Source of the DNA: Selaginella moellendorffii | Lineage: Eukaryota; Plantae; Lycopodiophyta | NCBI RefSeq assembly: GCF_000143415.4 | Contig: NW_003314290.1 | Location: 186,001-250,000, forward strand | Reading direction: 5' to 3' | Length of the DNA: 64,000 nt | Shown: positions 49,124 through 63,075 of the stretch, piece after piece | Numbering within the stretch: position 1 is the stretch's first letter | Layout: each line of letters opens with the position of its first letter | Position numbers and translations under genes: made by a program | Notes under the pieces: generated by a model | Database searches by the model: none | What the model saw: only the letters and a program-made list of their open reading frames with translations | Told to the model about the DNA's origin: nothing

Positions 49124-50665
49124 GTGTCGCGAATGTGATTTCAGGTATCAAAAGATACTTGTTGATCAGTCCTTATGGACACTCTTTCCTTACTACCACG
49201 ATGGCAGGAGGTCAGTACTGTTAATTCTTTTTATGATCTCCACCCAAGCTAGTTGAGAAATTGGTCATTACATGTGCACTTGATTAAATGAGCATAAGGA
49301 CGGAATTCCTATATACTATTTGTCAAGCATACTTGATGTAACACACATGGTTTTTACCCTTTATCCTATGGTGATTTACTATTGGATAACATTGTGAAGC
49401 GGAATCTAAACCCTTCATATGCCATGTGTCATATGCCACATATCACATGCCACATGTCCATAGGATAGTGGTGTGGAACCCAAGGTTCAGTAAACCCTCC
49501 ATATGCCACGTGTCCATAGGACAGTGGTGTGGAACCTGAGGTTCAAGGCCTTAGGCCACTGAACGAAGGAACGGTGCCAAACTCCCAAGCATGGAGCCAA
49601 GGAGTGACGGAACTGAACCTCGGAGCAACTCCCGAGCATACAGCCCAAGGAGCGAAGGGACAGGAGCTTGGAGCAACTTAGAACAGTTATAGAATAACTA
49701 GCATCCCAATGCTAGGACCAACATACAAAATGGAGCCAAACGAAGTTTGGCGCTATTTCAGCATACCGGTGGCCTAATGCAAGGATATGGATACTCCACC
49801 AGTTAACATGGAATGGAATTTAGGCTTCGGATATAGAACAAGGATAAACATGCAAGCAGGAGTTAAACTATGCCTTAAATTAGTCAGCCATGCCCGACCT
49901 ACCCACTATCCCTACTATACATTTGGAATCCCCCCCCCCCCCCTAAGGAACACACGCTTTGGGCTTTCACCCCAAGCCTCCCTTAGTATTAGGAGTTAGT
50001 CTTTGGGACAAACTTGAAACTTACTAAATATGGAATATCCCTAGATTGTGAATTTGGACACGGGACGAACACCATTGTGTTTAAGACAATCTCTACATTG
50101 TGTAGATATGCTAAATGAACAAATCTAGACACTTCCTATAAATAGCATTTGGGAGACTAACACAAAGGGCATGATAGCGAAAGTGTTTGGCAGACACGGT
50201 AAGCTATCATCTAGCAAATATTGAGGGACCAATCTCAATATCACAGGGGTTCCCAACATTAGCAAGTGCAAGTTAACGAATGAGTTTCTCTAACTAGGTT
50301 AAGTATGCTTGATTAATAGCACTTAGGAATTCCGTCCTTATGCTCATCTGGTCAAGTACACACACGAAGACTAGTTTCTCAACTAGCTTAGGCGGAGAAT
50401 AATATCAAGTCCAACAATACTGACCTTTTGCCGTCGTGGCAGTAAGGAAAGAGTGTCTGTAAAGATTGGCCGATAGGTAACTTTTGATACCCGAAGTCAC
50501 ATTTGCAACACTTGACTTGGTTAGAGAAACTCATTCGTTGACTTGCACTTACTAGTGTTGGGAACCCCCTCGATATTGAGTCTAATCCCTCAATATCGTT
50601 ATATGATAGCTTACCGTGTTTGCCAAACACCCGCACTATATGATAGCTTACCGTGTTTGCTAAAC
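49124..50665. repeat. Nested inverted repeats (49124-49311 vs 50324-50512; 50170-50304 vs 50510-50640) around an LTR-like remnant
   Basis: Direct reverse-complement matches; A/B LTR motif (ctactatac...gctttgggctttcaccc) at about 49910-49972. Confidence 0.7.
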
Positions 50666-50982
50666 ACCCTCACAAGGAACTGGTGCTCGTGGGATTGTAT
50701 TGGACCCTCGTTTCATAGTGCAATGGGCTTGGAGTTCGGCTCCAAATTTAGGTGCACTACAATCAGAAGCCAAAAAATATATAAAGTATTTTTTGAAAGT
50801 CACAGAATTACAATTTTCTAAAACAAGTAGACAACATTATTTTTCACTCAATTTTTTGCATACTTTATTATTATGTTTATCTCTAATTTGTAATCACTAT
50901 CCTCACTATCCTTTTTTTCTTTTATATAGTTTGGTTATACTGTGCCATGGGATGATTATTGAAGCTCGTATCCCTTAACTTA

Positions 50983-51801
50983 CTACCCTATAAAGATTGC
51001 ATTGACAACACCAATAAGTATGACCAACTTCATCACACGCCCAACAGTGAACATCACAACCATGACCTCGTCGTCACCCTTGTCCTTGGACTCGAGCAGC
51101 AGTAGCATCAACCTCCATTGGAACAGGACCATCACCCATAGGAAGTGGAGCTGAAGGATGTGCAACAAGAAGTGGAAGAGGTGACATCTCATAACGTTGT
51201 GCCAAACGAAGAGCATCGTCAAGGGTGGCGGGAGCAAGTGCATGCACAAATCCAATAAGATCTTGACGAAGTGTTGGCCACAACATTCCTAGTTTGATCC
51301 GCTCCAACATATTTGGCTCCACTCGAAGCAAAAGACTTCGGAAACAAATGCCAAATTGCATCACCGACTCAGATGGCCCTTGGCGAAGATGATGCAATTG
51401 TTGGAAGGCATCATCACAGTCGTCAGTATGTCCGAAAGCGCATTTGAAGACGTCTGGGAGAACACTCTAATCCCCACGAGTGGCTGTGCTCAAACCATTG
51501 TACCACTGCAACGCTGTCCCTTGGAGACACGTGGGAAACTCAAATGTCGAGCATCATCCCAAGAATAATATGTGGCAATCACTGTGAAGTGATCAAACCA
51601 ATGGTACATATCATCCCTAGGATTCCCACGAAAGAACTCCAGCTGAACGCGAGGATTGGCACCAAGAGTAGGAAGAGTTGTACCACATGCCATGAACGCC
51701 GCCATCAATTGAGTTTGGTTGTTCAATTGCAAGCGCATAGCATCAAGCAATTGTACCAACTGCTGCTCTAGAGTCAAAGGAGGAGATTGCTGATCTGCCA
51801 T
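50983..51801 (-). pseudogene. gag: gag of gypsy element 'E' (inverted relative to its pol)
   Basis: FRGNPRDD, LRQGPSESVMQF, DGPVPMEVDA, decayed knuckle CWACDEVGH; frameshifts. Confidence 0.8.
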
Positions 51802-51802
51802 A

Positions 51803-51996
51803 TGTAAGCAATCAAAGTGAATGACTCAAGAGACAATCCATGGGGTTCAAATATAGAGGGAAAGGGCCCATAAACAAGAGTGCACCCCTTTTTACAATCA
51901 ATTAAGGGTCTTGGGATATTTGGGGTTAAGTGTCATTGAGTTTAAATAATACTAGGATGGGTGACCTTCCGGGAAGTCCAAATTCAGGAGCTTACA
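51803..51996 (+). mobile_element. Cassandra solo LTR at the gag start codon of E
   Basis: TGT...ACA, 5S-like TAATACTAGGATGGGTGACCTTCCGGGAAGTCC, TSD CCATA/CCATG (1 mismatch). Confidence 0.88.
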
Positions 51997-52104
51997 CCAT
52001 GAAGATGAATAAAAAAGAAAGAGCAAAAGGAGAGAAATAACAAAAAGCTAGCCAAATCCAAGCACTCCTCATGGACTATCAAAGGTGCCCCTCACCTCCA
52101 CCAA

Positions 52105-52280
52105 TGTGAGTGCTTGGAATATGGAAAGGGAATATTAAAAATGTATATATCAATTAGCCCAAAAACCCTAGTTTATATATAGGAGCGAGTGGTTCGGATT
52201 GAAACCAATCCAACGGTTATCAAAATCCCACTATGCTAATATTAATATATGGCATCATAGCCGTACACTTGGCCCTCACA
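52105..52280 (-). mobile_element. 5' LTR of element E (176 bp), followed on the minus strand by PBS TGGTGGAG (tRNA-Ala type)
   Basis: TGT...ACA; reverse complement of 62511-62676. Confidence 0.85.
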
Positions 52281-52699
52281 GAGGTTGATTAAAGTATAAA
52301 ATAAAATAAAATTTATTTACAGAAAAAGTAATTTTATCACTTTCTTAAAATTCATACTATCTTTTAAATGTTAGTTTTGTCAAAATTTAAAAATTATTAA
52401 ATTTGAAATAAGAATTTTTTTCAAGATTATATAACTGTTTGAAAGGGAAAAAATAACCATTGACACCCCAATGGTAAAAGGTGAGGGGAGTACCCATGAG
52501 ACTTCCTTTGAGTTGAGGTATTTTAAAATGTTCTAAACTTGTTATATATAAAAGAAAAATTTAGTTCTTTTCTAGAATACATTTTTGAGTGGTTTGTCAT
52601 AGTATAGTGTTTAGAATTTATGAATCTTTACTTGCACTTTCATTTAAAAAAAAGAAATATACATAAATATCTAGAATTTAGTATTAGTGATTTCAACAC

Positions 52700-54757
52700 T
52701 TGTTTTCCGGATTGGTGACCTTCATTTCTTGGGTGGAGACTTTGGCGTCAGCAACGTCTCGTTGGTGCTATTGCAGTAGATGGTTTGGACACCGAGATGC
52801 ATCCGAGAAACGAGGAGTCATGCGAGTAATGGAGGGACCTTGCGTGAATAAGTCAGTGACCCCTCCATCTTTCTTTCGGGAATATCATCAAGGGGTTCAC
52901 TCGGCACTAGTTCATTCAGTATTTACTTTCCAAGCTCGTTTTTATAACAAGAGGTCTCCTATTATTCTCTTTGTGTTGGTTGATACAGGTTCAAGTTTAT
53001 CTTCTATTGCTCGACCTGTTACTACACATTGCCGTCTACGCTTGCATCATGCAGTGGAACCAATTTTCATTTTTTATGGCAACAGCCGTACAAATGCATG
53101 TGTACGGGATGAGGCGGACCTGGTTGTGTGTGTGGGCGATCTCGAGCTTGCGTTGCAATCATTGCGGGTGTTTCCGAGTCAAGCTTTTGACTTCATTCTT
53201 GGTATGGATTATTTGCAGCACAATCATGCTAAGTGTGACTTTGAGGCTTCTCCCCCTTGTTTCATACTTCCTTATGTTTTATCCATTCCTCTCACTTTCG
53301 TACCTCTTCATCCCTTTATTTGTACCTCTGCTTCCATTACTTTTGTTTCCCAACTATTTCCTCCTATGTTTCTGTCTTGTTCTGCTCTTCCCTTTTCCGA
53401 TCCCTTCAACAATCTTTGTGTTGTAGCGGTTGATTGGCTCATGAAAGAGTATTCTGATCTCTTTGAATTTGACCTATCGTCTAGGGCCAAGATTGCCACA
53501 CATCATCCAATTCCAACCGGGGATGCTTGTCCAATCAAGGTTCCTGTTCGTCGTCGGTCACCCAAGGAGATTAAGATTTTACATGCAAACGTCAAGGAGA
53601 TGTTAGAGAAGGGTGTTATTCGGAAGTTGTAGAGTCCTTGGGCATATGAACCTCATCTTGTGACGAAGCCTAATAGGAGTATTCGTTTCTGCATTGACTA
53701 TCGTCCATTAAACGAAGTGACGATCCCTAATATGTACCCTCTTCCTCACACTGCTAATCTCTTGGATCGTTTGGGGTGAAGTCATTGGTTCACCAAGCTA
53801 GATCTTCCTTTTGGGTACTGGCAAGTACCAATGGCCAAAGAAGATATTCCTAAAACTACTTTTTGTACACCATTTGGTCTGTACGAGTTCTTAGTGATGT
53901 TGTTTGGTTTGAATAATGCTCCAACAACTTTTCAGCAGATGATGGATGAGGTTCTTTGCAATATGCCAGAGGTGACTGCTAACTTCATTGATGATGTCTT
54001 GATCCACTCAGAGGGGACGTGGGAGGAGCATGTTCGTGATGTTTGTAAAGTGTTGGATTGGCTACACGACATTGATTTAAAGCTGAAGCGGTTAAAGTGA
54101 GTGTTTGGGTCCAAGGACACAACTTATCTTGGGTACCGTATTTTTCGTGAAGGTTTGCAAGTTGATCCTAACAAATTTGTGGCTGTTTTAAAGTTCCCTA
54201 CTCCGAAGTGTGTGAATGATGTGCAGTGCTTCTTGGGCAAGGTGCAGTATCTCAGTCGTTTTATGGATCATCTTTTTGATTGCACTGCACTGTTGCGAGC
54301 GTTGCTGAAGTCATCAACGTCATCTTTCATTTGGTCTCCGGATTGTGAGCGGGTGTTTGTGGATCTCAAAGAGCTATTGACGACCCCTCCGGTTTTGGCA
54401 TATCCTGACTGCACTCGACCTTTTATTTTGCGCGTGGATGCTTCTAACATTGGTTTTGGAGGTGTGTTAATGCAAGAGAGCTCGAATGTGCTTAGTCAAC
54501 ACCATCCCATTGCATATATAAGCCGTATGTTACAACCAGCGGGGATGAACTACTCCACAATGGAGGAGTGTTTAGTAGCAGTTTGGGGTTTCGAGAAACT
54601 TCATGCATATCTACATGGTTCTCAGATGTTACTTGAAGGTGATCATACTGCTGTTACTTCATTATTGAAGTGGAAGAATCTAGTTGGTTGTACTGCTCAA
54701 TGGTCTTTGAAGCTTCAGATATATGATTTTGATGTTGTTCATCACCTAGGGAGTTCT
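52700..54757 (+). pseudogene. pol: pol of element E: protease, RT, RNase H
   Basis: LVDTGSS, FILGMDYL, RFCIDYR, FIDDVLI, VDASNIGFGGVL; several stops. Confidence 0.9.
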
Positions 54758-57700
54758 TGTAGGCGACTAAATTTTCCATTTTACTTTAGTCACCTAACCA
54801 CACCTCCGACCACTCGGAGGAGTCTCACTCACAACCTCCTTAAGTTCTATTCTGGACTTGGGGACTTGTTAGCCCCAAGAATGGCATCCACGCCACTCAA
54901 CCTTTGCACTTGGTCTAAGTGCTCCACGTGTTCAATCCCATGACCGACACCCCAAGGTACCACTAACATATAAACCCATTACGCTAAGGCCATGCCCCCT
55001 CATCTTGGTCACACCGGTGGTCTAACACCACCCGCATCACAATCCTGTCTCTCCAAGATTGGGCTATCCATCCAAGAGTGGTCATCCCAAATCCACTCCT
55101 TAGCACCCTTAGTATGCCTGCAGACATGGGGAATAGCTTCTCCAATATCCCTTTTCACGTCCTTACCAAGTCCCTTTCTGTCCATGGCCGTGTTCACCAA
55201 CACTGCCACTGGATCAAGGCTCACAGGCCTGACCACTAAGTCCCATAGTCCTCTAGGACTTCCTTGCCACACGACTGTATCCTTGGTCACTATACCAAAG
55301 GATTATTTCTCTTTCTTTCCATAGTTTGGGCCTTTAGGATAACATTTCAGAACACCGTGGCCCTACGCAAGCTTCGTGGGTACTCTCCCCGCCTTCTGCC
55401 TTTGGGTGCTCTAGCCATGGGTATAGAGCGAGGTCCCGTTGAGCCACACTAGGTATTCAAGTATGTAGTGCCACCCATACTTGGACTGGAAGCAGCGACC
55501 ATTCAATCTCCTGGGGGAGCTAGAGCCAACTCTTGAACACTTCACCAAGCTACCCCGCTTGTCAGTCCGTATTCACTCTAGTCTTGGACTTCCCAATGGT
55601 TAACTCATCACCCAACATCTAGGTATAGCCTTCCTGGGCTAATGGCCAAACTAGCTGTAAGCAACCAAAGGGAACGATTCGAGAGACGATCCATAGGGGT
55701 TCAAATATAGAGGGAAAGGGCCCATGAACAAGAGTGCACCCCCTTTTCCAATTGGTTAAGGGTCTTGGGATATTTAGGGTTAAGCGTCCTTGGGTTTGAA
55801 TAGTACTGGGTTGGGTGACCTCCCGGGAAGTCCAAACTCAGGAGCTTACATTTGGTATCAGAAAGGTCTCGGGTCCGACTCTGTTGGTTGGCTAAGGGAA
55901 TCACACCACATGTTAATTGACATCTGGCTGGTCCAGTTTGCTCCCGCTGGGCTCGACCCGAGGGGTAGGGTGTCAAGAGAGCGGGGCTCTCGGGAGAGCT
56001 GCGGCTCTCAGCTTTTGTTCACGAGGGCGTGAACTTGCAGGGAAGTGTGGTGGATTGTAAGCAACCAAAGGGAACGATTCGAGAGACGATCCATAGGGGT
56101 TCAAATATAGAGGGAAAGGGCCCATGAACAAGAGTGCACCCCCTTTTCCAATTGGTTAAGGGTCTTGGGATATTTGGGGTTAAGCGTCCTTGGGTTTGAA
56201 TAGTACTGGGCTGGGTGACCTCCCGGGAAGTCCAAACTCAGGAGCTTACACTAGCCTTTCCTAGCCACAATGGCTCCACTAGGGTCCAACCCCCACACTC
56301 TCCCTACTATACTTTGGAACCCCCTGCAGCCCCTCCCTGGGAATGATCGCTTTGGGCTTTCACCCAATTGCCTGTATTAGTATTCGAACTCGAACTCGGA
56401 CTCAGTCTCGGGCCCGGTCTTGGACTCAGACTCAGACTCGGTCTTGGTCTCGGTCTCGGTCCCGATTCTATCTTGGACTCCATCTCGAACTCCATCTCAA
56501 ACTCCATCTCGGGTCCATCTCAGATTCCATCTCGGGTTCCATCTCGGGTCCATCTTGGACTCCATCTTGGGTCCATCTCAAACTCCATCTCAGGTCCCAT
56601 CTTGGGTCCATCTTGGACACTTCCACGTGTCATGTTTTGGTCCTCCCCTGTCCCTTTTCTAGAGACTCACTCATTGCTCGCTTCGTGCTTGTTCCTCAAG
56701 CACTTCGTTGGGAGTTCCACTCCCACTCTCGACTTTTTCAAGTCGGAGCTTTTAGTCCAAACATGTTACACTTGTTTGGCTTTCGCTTAGGCCACTACCA
56801 CATGGCGCCCTTTCGGCTCCACTTTGGGACCTAGGGATTTTGTGTCTTACAAATCCACCACCCATAAACGAAGTTCGATGTCCTCATCGAATGATAAACT
56901 ATTTTATAAAGTAATACCAACTTGTATTATTGTTTCCATCCTTGGCCCCTCGCCAATATTCGTCAATGGTTTAATACTAAAGGCTCACCATGCCTTTCCC
57001 ATCCTCTAAGGAGCATAGTCTCTCTAACTTAGAGACTTATTCGACCGCTTGTGATGGTTCTCTTCTTTTATTGGTTTAGTTCTCACTAAACTTGTTAGAG
57101 ACACCTTCTCTATTTGAATCCTACTATTCATGCTCGAGTAGTCTCAGTTTCCACCGACATAACCTTTGCACTTTGGAACCTTTAATTTTGACTTCTCATA
57201 GTCAATTTCCTAGGTGCCTCCGACACCTTGCATTGCACATATAGTGCAACTCTACTTCCCCATCCTAGGAAGTTCTCTATTTGAAGGCACCATCATCCTC
57301 TCTTCGATTTTGTGCCACATTTGGTACTAAATTTTAGTTATCATAATTTGTGCTAGGGTTGCCCACCGGCCCTATCATTTGGCTACTTTACCGCTCCCCC
57401 CCTTAGAGCTTCCACTTTTGCCAAATCAGAGCAATCAGGAATCCATCTTTGGAAAAACATTGCTTTTCCGACAATCCATTAGCACCTAACACATTAGTGT
57501 TCTTGGCTTAACTTTGCCATTTAGATTCTTTCCCATGATTCCCATAGCTCTTTTCTTAGCCACTAGTCTTTTACTCCTATCCTTGATTGTTGTACTCAGC
57601 AACATAGGGTCGCTACCTTTATTCTTGAGGTATTCTTTTGGTTCTATAGCAAAGACTTTGTTTTGCCAAATCTAGAGGGTGTTCACCCCTAGTATGTCTC

Positions 57701-60700
57701 TTTAGCATTTTCTGTTATGGGCTCTATTCATGGCCCAACTTTATGACCCTCCCATAGGTCTATTATAAAGACTACTTCCTATAGACTCTCTATGCCATTG
57801 CATTGACATAGCTCATTTCCCTTATGCGTTCTTCCCATTTGGTCACCTTAACCAAGCCACACCATTATCAATAGTTCAAATTAACACTTTGAATTAGGAA
57901 CCTTATTCCTTAACCTCACAAGGACCTTGTCCTTGTTTCAGCCATAAGATCATCTAGTGATCTAACCTTGATGCTTTAACAAATTTGCCAATAGGCCTTT
58001 AAGTTGTTCATCATGACCCTGGGGGCATCCCCACACTTGGCGGTGCACCCAAGCCAACCCTTCTGGCCAAGGGTCCATAGCAACTGAGACTGGGTGTCCC
58101 TATCTCTTTCACCACGTCTTTGGTGCCACTTACACCAAAGTGCTCAAATTAGATATGCTGAGCCATACTAAGCAATTTAACTGGGCATCACAACTCCGGG
58201 GCATACCCCGCTTGGCAGTGTGCCCAAGCCAGTCTCACTCACTAGGGCATAATGGTGGTTTGGAATATGAGGACACTTATGTTTCAATGGTCATGGACTC
58301 TTAGTAAGTGGGACTTGAACCCAAGCACTAGAGGGTCAGGACTCGAACCCAACTTCCATATATGCATCTACGGATGGCATCACCTAAAATGCTTAGTGTG
58401 ACTCCCCACGCCAGTGCACTAACTTATACTTAAAGTGCGTTATAGATCACAATTTAAGAACCTAGTTCTTCCGCACTTCCAAGTCCTCTCACTTAACAAG
58501 TCTGTGAATATGCATGAACTCTTCCATGCTTGGCCCTATGGGCCACCCCTATTGAAGTTAGCACCTTCAACTAGGGGGTTTGTTCCCCTGACTTGCTAAT
58601 CTCACTTCACAAGTCATCCAACTAATGTAACATGGTTTCATACACAAGCGTGAAAGTCTTTGACCTTCGACTTTTGTTCAAAGCTATCCCTTTGAACACT
58701 CGGGGACTACTTCCCCAACGTTGATAGCATTGCCTTTTGGCAAGCTTCAAAACCACGCTTCTGCTATGCCACTCTGATTTCACTTGTTCTATGAACCATT
58801 TACCCTTGGCTTTCTAAGTACTAAGCTACCTAAAATTGTCTTTAGAAACCTTGAAGGAACTCTGTCCTTTAGCTTGCTAAGGCCTCTCCTTTCGCAAGCT
58901 TTCTAATTGCCATATGGTCTAACATGGACAATTCTATGCTTTAGACTCTCCAATGCATCACGGTTGCTAGTAATAACATGCTTGAACGCCCATTTGATTC
59001 TCCACTCCCAACTGGCATAACCACCTTGGTTATGCTCTTCGATTCCTATGGTTTGGTTTTATCCCCTTACTACTTGCTTTTGGCATCACACCTTTCCTTC
59101 AGTTATTCTTCTCCAGACTAGGAGGATAGCTTTGCACTTTCTACCATGCCTTAGTAAGTATTCTTAGGGATGAACCTACCCAATAGCCTAGAGAATGGTT
59201 CCTCAATTCAGGCATGCTCAACTTGTAATCCCACACATGAAATTAAAGTAGCTACTTATGGGTCTTTATATGCCCATCACTAGCCTTGCCAAAATTCCAT
59301 TTTTGGCTTTGTTCAATTCAGGTAGATAGTCTTCTCCTGTCTCTGCAACCTTGGACATTTGGATAGCAACTTCTATCCATCATTCACTAGGGACTTAGTC
59401 CCTTGGGCCTTATCTATTGCCCTTGCGATAACAAACACCACCTTGTGGTGCTCTAAAGCGTTTGGGTGTCTTAATGATGGCTTCTTTGATAATGAATATT
59501 CCCTTTTACGATATTGACTTACTATATTGCAACATAAGCAATTTATCCCCCGTAAGGGTATATTTAACTTCCTTATGCCAGAAGTCTTAGGTAGCTACCT
59601 TCTACTAGTTTAACCAATTATTTTGCACCTTTTGTTTAGTTGCCTCATAGTTGTCAAGTCCTATAACTCATTGCTGGTGCTTCCACACTTCCATCATTAT
59701 CTGAATCACCACACTCCAACTGTATGCCTTCTAACTTAGGCTATACCATTCCCATTTCCATTAGGATTCCTTTAAGAAGGGTTCTCGTGAATCCACCAAC
59801 TCATCTTAAGGCATCACGCCTTGGCACATTCAGTGTCTCTCCACCATCGGCTCCACGAACCTACCTTTATGACACTTCTTACTTGTGTTTAAGTCCTTGC
59901 CAAGACCAATGCAGTTCCTTCTCATGCTAACTATCCGTTAGCACTACACCATAGAGTTTACACCCAACTTTAGGTCAAAGTTGTTTTCTTTTAAGAACAC
60001 CTTCCCCACAACTTTAGTATGGCCCATTCTATTATCAATGAGATACTCACTATTCTCATACTTGGATCTTATGATCCTCCCCAATTTTCGTGGGGCACAA
60101 CACACCTTAGTCCAAATGCTTTTATTAATCCCTTAGGACCATTCCTTGACTCTACTCGAGTCATCTAGCATTTTTGGACTTTGCTAATCCACTAACCCGT
60201 AAAGTCTTATTTTTGAGGTGCTAGCTTGCTACAATACAACTGCATGTATTCATATCCTACTCATAAGGACCATCTTTGCAAGTGTTACTCCAACACTTTA
60301 TTATTTGCCATTATCTGTGGGCTACCTTTGCCGCTTAGGACTATCCGTCCATATAATAAGAATACCAACTCATCCTCTGAGCACACCCCCAACACCTTGG
60401 GTTTGTTCTAGCATTTATAAAAGGTAACCCTGGCTACCATTTCAAGGACTCGTGTCCTATCTGTACTTGACCTCTCACGGTCATCCATTCCGGTCTTAAA
60501 TTCATGAGCACTAACCTCAACTATATGAGGATAATTTTGTGACTCCTTTATTGTTTTGGAGTTTCTATCTTTCCTGTGATCCCAACTATAGTTGTTTACC
60601 ACAACTACATTAACTAGTCTACTAAGTCAAATGCTTATCCGGATCACATCCTCAACTCTCCGAGGAAAACCTTATACTATTCCCAAGATCCCAAAGTCGT

Positions 60701-62225
60701 TCCCTTACTGGCCTCTTTTCTATCTACCACAATGCGCACAAGTTCACACATAAACTTAAGTGGAGAGCCATGTCCTCTCAACATGCTACTCCTTGTGGAT
60801 AGATCCATTTCTAGGACCTTCCAATTCCAATACAAGTGGTGATATACTTGGCCACCAATAAGAGTTGGATTAAGGAACAACTCTTATACCAAATTGTAAG
60901 CGACTAAATTTTTCATTTTATTTTAGTCACCTAACCACACCTCCGACCACTCGGAGGAGTCTCACTCACAACCTCCTTAAGTCCTATTCTGGACTTGGGG
61001 ACTTGTTAGCCCTGAGAATGGCATCCATGCTACTCAACCTTTGCACTTGGTCTAAGTGCTCCACGTGTTCAATCCCATGACCGACACCCCAAGGTACCAC
61101 CGACATATCAGCTTGTTACGCTAAAACCATGCCCCCTCACCTTGGTCACATTGGTGGTCTAACACCACCCGCATCACAATCCTATCTCTCCAAGATTGGG
61201 CCATCCATTCATGAGTGGTCATCCCATATCCACTTCTTAGCACCCTTAGTATGCCTGTAGACATGGGGAATAGCTTTCTCCAATATCCCTTTTCACGTCC
61301 TTACCAAGTCCCTTTCTATCCATGGCCATGTTCACCAATACTGCCACTGGATCAAGGCCCATAGGCCCAACCACTAAGTCCCACAGTCCTCTAGGACTTC
61401 TTCGATATACGACTATGTCCTTGGTCACTACACCAAAGGACTGTTTCTCTTCCTTTCCACAGTCTGGGCCTTTGGGACAACATTTCGGAACACTGTGGCC
61501 CTATGTGAGCCTCGTGGGTACTCTCCCCGCCTTCCGCCTTTGGGTGCTCTAGCCATGGGCATAGAGTGAGGTTCCGTTGAGCCACGCTAGGTATTCAAGT
61601 AGGTAGTGCCACCCATGCTTGGACTGGGAGCATTGACCATTCGATCTCCCGAGGGAGCTAGAGCCGGCTCTTGAACACTTCACCAAGCTACCCCGTTTGT
61701 CAGTCCGTATTCACTCTAGTCTTGGATTTCCCAGTGGTTAGCTCATCACCCAACACTTGGGTATAGCCTTCCTAGGCCAAACTGGCCTTTCCTAGCCAAA
61801 CTAGCCTTTCCTGGCCAAACTGGCTCCACTAGGGTCCAACCCCCACACTCTCTCTACTATACTTTTAGAACGCCCCGCAACCCCCCCCCCCCCCCCCCCC
61901 CCTCCGGAATAATCGCTTTGGGCTTTCACCCAACTACCTATATTAGTATTCGGACTCGGACTTGGTCTCGGTCTTGGACTCGGACTCGGACTCGGACTCG
62001 GACTCGGTCTCGGTCTTGGTCTCGGTCTCAGTCCTAGTTCTATCTCGGACTCCATCTCAGACTCCATCTCAGGTCCATCTTGGACTCCATTTTGGGTCCA
62101 TCTCGGGTCCATCTCAGACTCCATCTCGGGCTCCATCTCAGGTCCATCTCAGACTCCATCTCTGGCTCCATCTTGGGTCCATCTCAGACTCCATTTTGGG
62201 TCCATCTCGGGTCCATCTTGGACTC
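54758..62225 (-). mobile_element. Older family-A-related element: LTR 54758-56851, interior, second LTR 60895-62225 (truncated)
   Basis: Colinear with 36766-44691 but more diverged; right end deleted together with the host integrase core. Confidence 0.88.
55656..56250 (+). mobile_element. Complete Cassandra TRIM (595 bp): LTRs 55656-55850 and 56056-56250
   Basis: TSD CTAGC, PBS TGGTATCAGA 55853-55862, PPT before 56056, near-identical LTRs with 5S A/C-box segment. Confidence 0.95.
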
Positions 62226-62676
62226 AGTACAAAGTGGATGATTTGGTGTTAGTTTGTTTTCCCTATCTTATGGTACGTGGTTTATCTAAAGGGCTCCTTG
62301 CACAGTGGAAAAGACCATATCGGGTGTTGCGGCAAGTTGGACCACAAGTTCTGCATAATGTCTAGTGGGTTGATCCTCCGGAGATTGTGCATGTGCAGTG
62401 GTTGAACACTTCATACAAAGGGATCAGGAGCAATTAATACCACATATAGATCCATTAATGCCTCTTCCTGACGTTCTTCCAAATCCTATTATTTCGAGAA
62501 AAAGGGATGATGTAAGGGCTAAGTGTATGGTTACGATGCCATATACTTATATTAGCATAGTAGGATTTTGGTAGCCGTCGGATTAGTTTTAATCCAGACC
62601 ATTCACTCTTATATATAAACTAGGGTTTTTAGGCTAATTGATATGCACATTTTCTATATTCCCTTTCCATATCACA
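62226..62676 (+). mobile_element. Integrase tail, PPT and 3' LTR (62511-62676) of element E
   Basis: YKVDDLVLV...QWKRPYRV remnant; purine tract GAGAAAAAGGGATGA; LTR matches 52105-52280. Confidence 0.8.
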
Positions 62677-63075
62677 CCTCTTAATATTTTAAAGTTTATA
62701 ATGTTTATATTAAATTACAATTTAAAATTGGGCTAAACTCCTGAGCTTTTAACTGTGGAATGGCCTGCATTCCTCAAAAGCATATGATCCTCTCTCCTAA
62801 AAACAATCTGGCACATTGGGATTTCCAGCACAGATTGCCATTGGCCCCTAGACAGGCTTTTGCATGATGAATTGACAAAGCCGGTGGTGTCACGATTGCT
62901 GTGAAGCTCCACCTGCATCGCTGCTGTGCAATAAGGATGATCCCCTAGTTCTGGAGCAGCTCCCTGGCCTCGATAATCCTGAGATCATCTCCAGATTTTA
63001 GGGTTCTTGGTCCCAATGTTATTTATAGTAAGGGTCTAAAGAGCTATTCCACTGTCAAAGCCCTAAAATCAGGAA

